The position numbers and the translations under genes are program-made. This document shows, piece after piece, positions 1 through 7,670 of a DNA stretch of 32,094 nt (within the stretch, counting starts at the first letter, position 1; each line of letters opens with the position of its first letter). The stretch comes from Piscirickettsiaceae bacterium. GTDB lineage: Bacteria > Pseudomonadota > Gammaproteobacteria > Nitrosococcales > Methylophagaceae. The stretch spans positions 1-32,094 of the forward strand of contig DAOUSV010000001.1 in the NCBI GenBank assembly GCA_030627065.1, read 5' to 3'. The notes beneath the pieces are model-generated. The model was not told the DNA's origin, ran no database searches, and saw nothing but the letters and a program-made list of their open reading frames with translations.

Positions 1-12
1 CAAAAATTAAAC

Positions 13-40
13 TTGACGATTAAAATAAATAGCCTAGAAT
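13..40 (+). promoter_or_regulatory. Putative sigma-70 promoter for tRNA-Asp (TTGACG-N16-TAGAAT)
   Basis: TTGACG at 13-18 and TAGAAT at 35-40 with a 16 nt spacer. The -10 element ends about 16 nt before the mature tRNA 5' end at 57. Confidence 0.45.
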
Positions 41-56
41 ATGCACACCTTGTCGC

Positions 57-133
57 GGAGCGGTAGTTCAGTTGGTTAGAATACTGGCCTGTCACGCCAG
101 GGGTCGCGGGTTCGAGTCCCGTCCGCTCCGCCA
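57..133 (+). tRNA. tRNA-Asp (anticodon GTC), CCA encoded
   Basis: The 77 nt sequence GGAGCGGTAGTTCAGTTGGTTAGAATACTGGCCTGTCACGCCAGGGGTCGCGGGTTCGAGTCCCGTCCGCTCCGCCA folds as a cloverleaf. The acceptor stem is GGAGCGG/CCGCTCC, the anticodon loop is CTGTCAC and the T-arm contains GGTTCGAGTCC. It is nearly identical to enterobacterial tRNA-Asp as I remember it. Confidence 0.95.
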
Positions 134-210
134 ATTTTCTTTTTTGCATCCAGTCTTGGATGCAAGCATTCGCAAACACCAGCCTTCGATAAACTCAGGG
201 CTAACGGTGA

Positions 211-960
211 TTACAAATTATTAAACTCTGTTAGATTTATCGTTGTAATAGCCGTATTGTGCTTGGCATTCTGTTTGTCTTGCTGGGTGTTGTAACCCCA
301 GTCGGCAAAGAGTGATTTGATTGGCTTTAAACGCGAATCTGCAATGACATTAATCAACGTTGGTAGTCTATCTTCAACAAATAGAATAGTGTGTTTTGGG
401 TATTCATTAAGCATATTGCTGAGAATGTCCGGCTTGATCATTTTTCTATCTAAACCAAAAATACGCTCATCATTGAATGGAATCGCATTAGCTTTGAGTA
501 TATGACTGACAAAGCGTTCTTGTTTTGTGGTAATGATGACGCACTGTTCAGGGTTTATTTGACGAAGCTTATCGGCAACACCATCAAATAGTGGGTTCAT
601 TGCAATCCAGTCGTCGAGATTATCATTAATCCAGTAATCACGGGTTTCACCAAAGTGTTGTTTAAGTTGGTCGGTACTGAGCTGTTCTCGCGTAATAATA
701 TTTTCAATGGCATTAGCAAAGTTATTAAGCAAGCTTTGTGGCGTCATACCTTTAAACAGTAGTCGCATAATGAGGATAGCTTCATAGCCTGTTTCCATTA
801 CTGGGCGAACTTGGCGGAATAGCTCAATCATGTCTGAAGGTGTTTCTGTTGGCATCTCGTGCCAAAGTTGGCTTGCGACTTTCCAGCCGGTGATACTTGT
901 TTCTACGGCGCTGTCACAAATAACGCCATCGAAGTCGAGGGCATAAAGTTTATTATCCAA
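211..960 (-). CDS. HAD-superfamily hydrolase (phosphatase-like)
   Basis: 249 aa ORF. The N-terminal HAD motif I is LDFDGVICDS (DxDG nucleophile), and a later VEDR-type acidic motif is present. Substrate cannot be inferred. Confidence 0.8.
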   Translation of the reverse strand: MDNKLYALDFDGVICDSAVETSITGWKVASQLWHEMPTETPSDMIELFRQVRPVMETGYEAILIMRLLFKGMTPQSLLNNFANAIENIITREQLSTDQLKQHFGETRDYWINDNLDDWIAMNPLFDGVADKLRQINPEQCVIITTKQERFVSHILKANAIPFNDERIFGLDRKMIKPDILSNMLNEYPKHTILFVEDRLPTLINVIADSRLKPIKSLFADWGYNTQQDKQNAKHNTAITTINLTEFNNL

Positions 961-963
961 GTC

Positions 964-1146
964 TTAGTTTCTCAATATACAGAATTTAGTGAAATCACCA
1001 GCATCATTCATTGTCCACTTGCCTTTTGGCATTTCTTTCATATTGTCACACCATTTCTCACTGCCGATTTCGGGTGCACAGGCGGTGATGATTGTTGTAA
1101 ATGACAAGATGATAGTGACAAGGCTAAGCTTTTTAATAAGTGACAT
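964..1146 (-). CDS. Small lipoprotein, DUF3012-like
   Basis: 60 aa ORF with a signal peptide and lipobox (IITAC). The Cys/Trp-containing mature part (KWCDNMKEMPKGKWTMNDAGDFTKFC) resembles the DUF3012 family as I remember it. It ends 3 nt upstream of the HAD hydrolase gene. Confidence 0.6.
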   Translation of the reverse strand: MSLIKKLSLVTIILSFTTIITACAPEIGSEKWCDNMKEMPKGKWTMNDAGDFTKFCILRN

Positions 1147-1262
1147 TGGTATTCCTTTAACTTAATTTTAATATGTGGTTTGTGTTGTCATTCTCACGTA
1201 AGAGGAATTCATGGAGGTGGCGTCTCAACTATCGTTGGCTCCCCGTTTTCACGAGGATGACG

Positions 1263-2525
1263 CTACTTATTTAAATCAAACACTGTTTGACCATTTATTA
1301 ATGTATGCACGACTTGATTGTTAAACAGCCAGCCTTTGAAAGGGCTATTTTTACCTGCACTTGCAAATTGTTCGGGCTGACATTCATTGTGAGCATCGGG
1401 GTTAATAATACAGATGTCAGCTTGCGAACCTACCTTAAGATGGCCTGCATCAATACCTAAAATAGCGGCGGGTTGGCTGGTTAGGCAGGCAATGGCTTGT
1501 TGTAATGAGAGTTCGTCATCATCAACCATTTTCAAGGTGAGAGGGAGTAAGGTTTCAAGCCCTGAAATGCCCGGTGTAGTTTCGGCAAAAGGTCCTAGTT
1601 TGGCATCATTGCTCAGCGGTTTATGGTTGGAGCATATTGCGCTGATAATACCGTCACGCAGTCCTTGTTGTAATTGGTCTCTATCTCGAATGCTACGTAG
1701 TGGAGGGATTACATGGCTTAAGCTGTCATAATTACCAATATCATGTTCTGTTAAATGCAGTTGATGGGCGCAAACATCAGCAGTGACTGCTAAGCCTCTC
1801 TGTTGCGCTTCGCCAATCATTTGTACTGCTCTTGCTGTGGATATATTGTGAAAGTGTGCATTTACCCCAGTTTGTTCAATGAGTAATAAGTCACGGCTAA
1901 CAGCTATTGTTTCAGCGGCTTCAGGAATGCCACCTAGTCCAAGCCGTGTACTAACCGTACCTTCATGTACGCAACCTTGTGCTTGTAGCCAAGGATCAGC
2001 GGCATTAATGAATAAGGTCAAATCAAGTGTGGCGGCATACTCCATTGCACGCCGTTGAATAAGCGTATTTTCAATGGTGTTTAAACCGTTGCTTACGCCT
2101 AGACAGCCAGCTTCTTTGAGGGCTAACATTTCGCTAAGCAGTTTGCCTTCAAGCTGTTGTGTCAGTGCACCAATGGTGTGAACCATTGTTCTGCCTGCTT
2201 TCTTTGCATGATCTTCAATCAACTCGATGGCGGCAGGGTTATCAATAATCGGTGTTGTATCAGGAGGAATACAAAGAGCCGTAATGCCTCCTTTTACGGC
2301 TGCATGAGTTTCACTTTCGATGCCTTTAATTGTCATGCGGGCATTTAGATCTATCAGTCCTGGGCAGACAATCAGTCCTGTCGCATCAATTTCCTGATCG
2401 GCGACAAAGCCGTTGAGTTCGGAGGTGATGGCGATAATTACACCATTTTCGACGAAGATATCTTGTTGAAAATCTAGCTGGCTGGCAGGGTCAACAACGT
2501 GGCCATTTTTTATATGAAGTTTCAT
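1263..2525 (-). CDS. pyrC': Dihydroorotase-like protein, probably non-catalytic (PyrC' type ATCase accessory subunit)
   Basis: 420 aa amidohydrolase-fold ORF immediately downstream of pyrB with an ATGA overlap. The metal-binding DxHxH motif is replaced by IDLNARM, and SDHAP-type catalytic Asp context is replaced by CSNHKP. Confidence 0.8.
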   Translation of the reverse strand: MKLHIKNGHVVDPASQLDFQQDIFVENGVIIAITSELNGFVADQEIDATGLIVCPGLIDLNARMTIKGIESETHAAVKGGITALCIPPDTTPIIDNPAAIELIEDHAKKAGRTMVHTIGALTQQLEGKLLSEMLALKEAGCLGVSNGLNTIENTLIQRRAMEYAATLDLTLFINAADPWLQAQGCVHEGTVSTRLGLGGIPEAAETIAVSRDLLLIEQTGVNAHFHNISTARAVQMIGEAQQRGLAVTADVCAHQLHLTEHDIGNYDSLSHVIPPLRSIRDRDQLQQGLRDGIISAICSNHKPLSNDAKLGPFAETTPGISGLETLLPLTLKMVDDDELSLQQAIACLTSQPAAILGIDAGHLKVGSQADICIINPDAHNECQPEQFASAGKNSPFKGWLFNNQVVHTLINGQTVFDLNK

Positions 2526-3496
2526 GAATGCGCCTCGTGTTGTTCTGCTTGCGTGCCTAGCGCCATAGACATGACTGCCATACGTACGGCAATTCCATGT
2601 GTTACTTGTTCTAAGATGACTGATTGGGGGCCATCGGCAACGGAGGATGCTATTTCAACACCGCGATTGATCGGGCCGGGATGCATGACAATGGCATCTG
2701 GTTTTGCTAGTTTTAGCGTGTCGTCAGTCAGTCCGTAGCGTGCGAAGTATTCATTTGAACTTGGTAGTAATGCACCTTGCATACGTTCATGTTGTAGCCG
2801 AAGCGTAATAATAACGTCTACGCCATTTAAACCTGACTCCATATCATGATAGACATGAACACCAAGCGATTGTGTGTCGATGGGCAATAATGTTTTAGGG
2901 CCGATTACGCGAATTTCACCGACACCTAAGATGGCAAGTGCTTGAATTTGTGAGCGAGCAACACGAGAGTGCAAAATATCACCAACAATGGCGACACATA
3001 AATCGGGAAAATGCTGTTTGTGTCGGCGGATAGTAAACATATCTAACATAGCTTGTGTCGGGTGGGCGTGGCAACCATCGCCGGCATTGATTACGCTGAC
3101 ATGCGGGGCAACGTGTTGTGCAATAAACTCAGCCGCGCCGCTTTGATTGTGTCGTACGACAAACATATCGCTGTGCATAGCTTCTAGGTTGTGCAAAGTG
3201 TCTAATAAGCTTTCACCTTTTGAAGTGGCAGAAGTGTTGATATTTAGGTTGATAACATCGGCAGAAAGACGTTTTGCGGCCAGTTCAAAGGTGGTGCGAG
3301 TACGAGTGCTGTTTTCAAAAAAGAGGTTTACGATTGTTTTACCGCGTAGCAAAGGTACTTTTTTAGCTTGTTGATTGGAGATACTGGAAAACTGTTCAGC
3401 ACGATCCATGATCTCAGTTAATAACGGTCTTTTAAGACCTTCAATGGTTAAAAAGTGCTTTAAATATCCGCTTTCAGTGAGTTGGTTATTGCTCAT
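2522..3496 (-). CDS. pyrB: Aspartate carbamoyltransferase catalytic subunit
   Basis: 324 aa ORF with carbamoyl-phosphate motif STRTR, HPTQ and HPGP motifs. No pyrI follows it. A dihydroorotase-like gene follows instead, as in class A ATCases. Confidence 0.95.
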   Translation of the reverse strand: MSNNQLTESGYLKHFLTIEGLKRPLLTEIMDRAEQFSSISNQQAKKVPLLRGKTIVNLFFENSTRTRTTFELAAKRLSADVINLNINTSATSKGESLLDTLHNLEAMHSDMFVVRHNQSGAAEFIAQHVAPHVSVINAGDGCHAHPTQAMLDMFTIRRHKQHFPDLCVAIVGDILHSRVARSQIQALAILGVGEIRVIGPKTLLPIDTQSLGVHVYHDMESGLNGVDVIITLRLQHERMQGALLPSSNEYFARYGLTDDTLKLAKPDAIVMHPGPINRGVEIASSVADGPQSVILEQVTHGIAVRMAVMSMALGTQAEQHEAHS

Positions 3497-4029
3497 TCCG
3501 CCTCGGCCTCCTCTTTCTCTTTAGTCGTCAATTCAAGCTGTAAACCATCATTGTTAGTTAGCTTTATATGTTCGTTTTCTTCAAGCTCTACAGACTGTCC
3601 AATAATATCGGCATGAAGTGGTAATTCATGACCATCACGTTCAATAAGTACGGCGAGAGTGACGGTAGCAGGGCGACCATAATCAAATATTTCGTTGAGT
3701 GCTGCACGAATTGTTCGACCGCTTTGGAAAACATCATCAACTAATAATAGGTGGCGGTCATCGACATTAAATGGCAAATCAGTAGGTGTAACTTGAGGAT
3801 GCATACCAATGCGTGTGAAGTCATCACGGTAATAAGCGATGTTTAATGTACCAAGAGGGGCATCAAAAAAGTCGGCACCTAATCGCTCAAACAAGGCTTT
3901 GGCAACCCATGCACCACCGGTGTGAATACCAATTAATAGCGGTTTCATATCGCCTAATTGGTGGCGAATACCTTCTGCCATTGTATCTAGCAGTTGGTCT
4001 ATATCGGCAGAGCTTGTTGCAATAGTCAT
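3493..4029 (-). CDS. pyrR: Bifunctional pyrimidine regulatory protein PyrR / uracil phosphoribosyltransferase
   Basis: The PRPP-binding motif [13 protein letters not shown] is present, with overall PyrR-like sequence. I set the start at the ATG at 4029, which forms an ATGA overlap with the ruvX stop. The longer ORF to 4074 would overlap ruvX by 49 nt. Confidence 0.88.
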   Translation of the reverse strand: MTIATSSADIDQLLDTMAEGIRHQLGDMKPLLIGIHTGGAWVAKALFERLGADFFDAPLGTLNIAYYRDDFTRIGMHPQVTPTDLPFNVDDRHLLLVDDVFQSGRTIRAALNEIFDYGRPATVTLAVLIERDGHELPLHADIIGQSVELEENEHIKLTNNDGLQLELTTKEKEEAEAE

Positions 4030-4445
4030 TGTTGATTCAGCCATGATTGAAGTATAAGTTGTGCCGAGATGCAATCCACATCATCACGGTGTTTTGCGTC
4101 TAGTTTACTATGAATTCCCAAATGGTCTAATGCTTCGTATGTACTTAGGCGTTCGTCTTGCCATTCCACTGCAATTTGAAAGCGACCATTGAGGCGATTA
4201 CCAAATTTGCGAGCGGCTTTGGTCATTGTTTGTTCGGAGCCATCCATATTAAGCGGTAGGCCGACGATTAATAGTTGTGGCTGCCATTCATCGAGTAGCT
4301 TTTGCATATCATCCCAATTTGGTATGCCATTTTGGGCTTTGATCACGGTGAGTGGGTTTGCGGTAAGTGTGAGCTCTTGGCCGACAGCTACGCCTATGTT
4401 CTTCATGCCATAATCAAAACCGAGAATAGTGCGAGGTGTACTCAT
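4026..4445 (-). CDS. ruvX: Putative pre-16S rRNA nuclease / Holliday junction resolvase-like protein (YqgF family)
   Basis: 139 aa ORF with the N-terminal ILGFDYGMKNIGVAVG motif typical of YqgF/RuvX. It sits between yqgE and pyrR, as in pseudomonads. Confidence 0.9.
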   Translation of the reverse strand: MSTPRTILGFDYGMKNIGVAVGQELTLTANPLTVIKAQNGIPNWDDMQKLLDEWQPQLLIVGLPLNMDGSEQTMTKAARKFGNRLNGRFQIAVEWQDERLSTYEALDHLGIHSKLDAKHRDDVDCISAQLILQSWLNQQ

Positions 4446-4999
4446 GCGTGTCCTGTGGCATTTGACATCAAATTGATATCAATACCTAATAAGTTAGCAG
4501 CTGCATGCCACTGTTTATCGGCTGGGGTTTTGAATAAAACATCATCATTCGAATCAACAGTTAGCCAACTGTTTTCAGCAATTTCTTGTTCCAACTGTCC
4601 TGCGCCCCAAGAGGAGTAACCTAAAGAGACTAAGGCGTGCTCGGGGCTTTTATCTGTGCCCATGTCTTTTAATATATCGGTTGATGTGGTGAGAAATACA
4701 TCATCGGCGATTTTAATGGTGTTTTTCCATTCAGTATCGCTATTGTGAAGTACCATGCCTTGATTCTTTTGTACTGGGCCACCAAAGAAAACAGGTGTGT
4801 TGACGATTGTTTCTGAGGTGTTGGATATTTCAAAGTGTGTCAGAAGTTCGGTCAATGTGATTGGGGTTGGACGGTTAATAATAATGCCCATTGCACCTTG
4901 ATCGTCGTGTTCACAAATATAAATAACTGTGCGATAAAAGAAGGTATCAACCAATGACGGCATGGCGATAAGGAAATGATTTTGTAATGAGGAATCCAT
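4442..4999 (-). CDS. yqgE: YqgE/AlgH family protein
   Basis: FLIAMPSL...VIYICEHDDQGAMGIIINRP is a typical YqgE/AlgH sequence. I set the start at Met39 of the ORF (4999), giving 185 aa. The upstream extension overlaps the trkA 3' end. Confidence 0.85.
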   Translation of the reverse strand: MDSSLQNHFLIAMPSLVDTFFYRTVIYICEHDDQGAMGIIINRPTPITLTELLTHFEISNTSETIVNTPVFFGGPVQKNQGMVLHNSDTEWKNTIKIADDVFLTTSTDILKDMGTDKSPEHALVSLGYSSWGAGQLEQEIAENSWLTVDSNDDVLFKTPADKQWHAAANLLGIDINLMSNATGHA

Positions 5000-5006
5000 T
5001 TGGCGG

Positions 5007-6380
5007 CTAGAAGAAGCTGAAGCCAACTTGGAATAAACGTTCGACCTCAGGAATATAACGCTTATTAATGAGGAATAAGATAACGTGATCTTCGGCTTCA
5101 ATGACGGTGTCATGATGAGTAATAATTACTTTATCGTTACGCACAATTGCACCAATGGTTGTACCAGGTGGCAAGCCAATTTCATCGATACGACGTCCAA
5201 CAACCAGTGAGGAGTTTTTATCACCATGAGCTACGGCTTCTAACGCTTCTGCCGCGCCACGACGTAAAGAATGAACGGCCACAATATCACCACGCCGAAT
5301 ATGGGCTAATAAGCTACCAATAGTTGCTTGTTGTGGTGATAGGGCAATATCAATACTGCTACTTTCGATAAGGTCTACATAGGCGGCGCGATTGATCAGC
5401 GACAGCACTTTTCGTGCACCTAAACGTTTTGCCAACATGGCTGATAGGATGTTGGCTTCATCATCATTGGTCAGAGCACAGAATAGATCGATTTGGTCGA
5501 TATCTTCTTCTTTCAATAACTCTTCATTGGCAACATCACCTAATAAAACGATGGTGTTTGAGAGTTCGCCAGATAAAAATTCTGCACGCTTGGGATTGGA
5601 TTCAATTAATTTTAGGTGATAGTCATCTTCTAGCGCTTTGGCAAGTCTGGCACCAATTTGCCCGCCACCGGCAAGCATAATACGTTTGTACGGTTTGTCT
5701 AGGCGACGTAATTCACCCATAACCGACATAATGTCTTTGCTGGCGGCGATAAAGAAGACTTCGTCACCCGCTTCTATAATTGTTTCAGCTTTGGGAATGA
5801 TCGGGCTGCCATCTCTAAAGATAGCCGCTACGCGCGTTTCTGCTTTAGGGAGGTGATCACGTAATTCTTTCAGTGGATTGCCAACTAATGGGCCACCATG
5901 AAAGGCTTTTACTGCAACTAATTGTACACGACCATCGGCAAAGTCAAGTACTTGCAATGCATTGGGGTGATTGATAAGTTGTTCAATATAATCGGTTACA
6001 ATTTGTTCGGGACTGATCAACATATCGATGCTAATAGTATCGTTGTTAAATAAGTCGGGGTTATCTAAGTATTGATTACTTCGGATACGGGCGATTTTCG
6101 TTGGGGTGTGATAAAGATTGTGGCAAATCTGGCAAGCAACGATATTGGTTTCATCATTATCGGTTACCGCAAGTACAAGATCGGCATCTTCGGCACCTGC
6201 ACGGGCTAAGACATCAGGGTGTGATGCATGACCTTGCACTGTACGAATATCATAATGATCTTGTAGAGCTTGTAGAAAATCAGCATTAGTGTCGACTACA
6301 GTAATATCGTCATCTTCACGTGCAAGACTTGCTGCAACGGATGAGCCGACTTGACCTGCCCCGAGAATAAGAATTTTCAT
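5007..6380 (-). CDS. trkA: Trk system potassium uptake protein TrkA (tandem RCK/NAD-binding domains)
   Basis: 457 aa ORF with two Rossmann GxGxxG motifs (ILGAGQVG and LAGGGQIG) in the duplicated TrkA-N/TrkA-C architecture. Confidence 0.93.
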   Translation of the reverse strand: MKILILGAGQVGSSVAASLAREDDDITVVDTNADFLQALQDHYDIRTVQGHASHPDVLARAGAEDADLVLAVTDNDETNIVACQICHNLYHTPTKIARIRSNQYLDNPDLFNNDTISIDMLISPEQIVTDYIEQLINHPNALQVLDFADGRVQLVAVKAFHGGPLVGNPLKELRDHLPKAETRVAAIFRDGSPIIPKAETIIEAGDEVFFIAASKDIMSVMGELRRLDKPYKRIMLAGGGQIGARLAKALEDDYHLKLIESNPKRAEFLSGELSNTIVLLGDVANEELLKEEDIDQIDLFCALTNDDEANILSAMLAKRLGARKVLSLINRAAYVDLIESSSIDIALSPQQATIGSLLAHIRRGDIVAVHSLRRGAAEALEAVAHGDKNSSLVVGRRIDEIGLPPGTTIGAIVRNDKVIITHHDTVIEAEDHVILFLINKRYIPEVERLFQVGFSFF

Positions 6381-6389
6381 GATTTCATC

Positions 6390-7670
6390 CTAAAGCTGTT
6401 TAGCATCAATGTCGAGAGAGCGGAGTTTTCGATAGAGGTGTGTGCGTTCCATTCCTGCTAGTTTAGCGGCTTTACCGACATTACCATCTGTTTGTTTTAA
6501 TTGGTGCAATAAATAAATACGCTCAAACTGTTCACGGGCTTCACGCAGTGGCAAGTCATAATCAATCGAGGTGTTATTTGTACTGACAGACGAATCCGTT
6601 GCTTCTTTTAAGGTAAGTGCAATGTCAGTTTCTTCAATATCATCAGACTCTCCCAGCAATAATAAGCGTTGGATGATATTTCTAAGCTCAAGTACATTGC
6701 CTGACCATGGATGATTACGCAATCTGTTTTGAGCGGCAACTGTAAAGTGACGATAGGGAAGATCGGCTTGGGTTGTAAATTGGTCAACAAAATGATGAAC
6801 AAGCTCAGGAATATCTTCAATATGGTCGCGTAAAGGAGGGATTGTTAGGGTAATACTATTAAGTTGATAGAGTAGTGATTCTTCAAATGTACCCTTGTTA
6901 ACGGCTTGTTCCAAAGAATGCTGGCTAGCACAAATCAGTTGGCAATTATTCAACTTGTTGCTTTCGAGCATGTGAAGAAATAACCGCTGTGCTTTTTGAG
7001 GAAGTAGGGCAATATCATCAATGTATAAGCAGGTATTATTGACTAACGCAGATAGTTTTAGGCTGTCTAAAGGAAATGTTTCGGCGGTAAGTTCAATAAA
7101 TTGACTATCTGAAAACTGGCCTAATGAGTGTAAATAACGAGCAAAGCAATGTTTACCAGTACCGCCTTCACCGAGCAATAGAATAGGCATTGTGTGCTTG
7201 GCAACGCGTTGTGCTTGTTCTAGCAACAGAATAACTTGCGGGCTTTTACCAACTGGCTTTTGTGTTTCAAACTGTTGTTTCTCAGATTGTTTTGCTTGAT
7301 TTTCAAGGGCAACTTCAACACCACGAAGTAGCTTTGCCATTGAAAGCGGCTTTTCGATAAAATCACATGCGCCGAGGCGAGTGGCTTCTACTGCTGTTTC
7401 AATTGTCCCGTGACCGGACATCATGACAATCGTGAGGTGAGGATCTTGCTGCTTAAACTCTTTCAATAAGGTGATGCCGTCAACATCAGGCATCCAAATG
7501 TCGAGCAATATCAAGTCAGGTCGGTGCTGGGAAAGTGCTGTACGCGCTGTTTCACCATTTTTAGCGGTAGTGACTTGATAGCCTTCATCATCAAGAATAT
7601 CTTTGATCAGTCCTCGAATATCAGGCTCATCATCAACAACTAAAATAGTGGGTTTATCGGTATTGTTCAC
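6390..7670 (-). CDS. NtrX-like response regulator: receiver, degenerate sigma-54-type AAA+ domain (no GAFTGA) and Fis-type HTH
   Basis: The receiver domain shows ILVVDDEPDIR...LDIWMPDVDG. Walker A (GEGGTGKH) and Walker B-like (LYIDDI) motifs are present, and the C-terminal HTH is GNVGKAAKLAGMERTHLYRKL. The start is a GTG overlapping the kinase stop (GTGA). Confidence 0.85.
   Translation of the reverse strand: MNNTDKPTILVVDDEPDIRGLIKDILDDEGYQVTTAKNGETARTALSQHRPDLILLDIWMPDVDGITLLKEFKQQDPHLTIVMMSGHGTIETAVEATRLGACDFIEKPLSMAKLLRGVEVALENQAKQSEKQQFETQKPVGKSPQVILLLEQAQRVAKHTMPILLLGEGGTGKHCFARYLHSLGQFSDSQFIELTAETFPLDSLKLSALVNNTCLYIDDIALLPQKAQRLFLHMLESNKLNNCQLICASQHSLEQAVNKGTFEESLLYQLNSITLTIPPLRDHIEDIPELVHHFVDQFTTQADLPYRHFTVAAQNRLRNHPWSGNVLELRNIIQRLLLLGESDDIEETDIALTLKEATDSSVSTNNTSIDYDLPLREAREQFERIYLLHQLKQTDGNVGKAAKLAGMERTHLYRKLRSLDIDAKQL

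Noticed and set aside
144-165. A 9 bp perfect hairpin (TTGCATCCA-GTCT-TGGATGCAA) just after tRNA-Asp looked at first like a terminator.
   Set aside because: The T-run lies 5' of the stem on the plus strand, and on the minus strand the stem is followed by an A-run. Neither orientation has the hairpin-then-U-tract layout of an intrinsic terminator. It may still be a processing or stabilising structure, but I cannot support a call.
1-1262. I considered tRNA-Asp as a possible genomic-island integration site.
   Set aside because: There is no integrase, no phage or transposon genes, and I noticed no repeat of the tRNA 3' end downstream. The adjacent genes are an ordinary HAD hydrolase and a small lipoprotein, followed directly by core pyr genes.
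1414-1731. Many ORFs of 60-120 aa lie antisense to, or out of frame within, large genes. Examples are 1414-1731, 2499-2738, 4302-4619, 5414-5680, 6608-6820, 8301-8546, 15299-15559, 18607-18849, 24273-24545, 26525-26896, 27299-27541, 29969-30217 and 31121-31432.
   Set aside because: Each lies entirely inside a gene whose product has clear family motifs. Their translations are low-complexity (Ser/Cys/Arg/Leu-rich mirror-frame products) with no recognisable domains or ribosome-binding context. They are most likely shadow ORFs.
5000-5113. Several ORF-track entries have long N-terminal extensions: yqgE to 5113, pyrR to 4074, smg from 15892, gltB from TTG 21715 and the LysM protein from TTG 13714.
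   Set aside because: The extensions overlap the preceding gene or add residues absent from the family-typical N-terminus. Internal ATGs give family-typical lengths, with ATGA overlaps or Shine-Dalgarno motifs, so the shorter starts were used.
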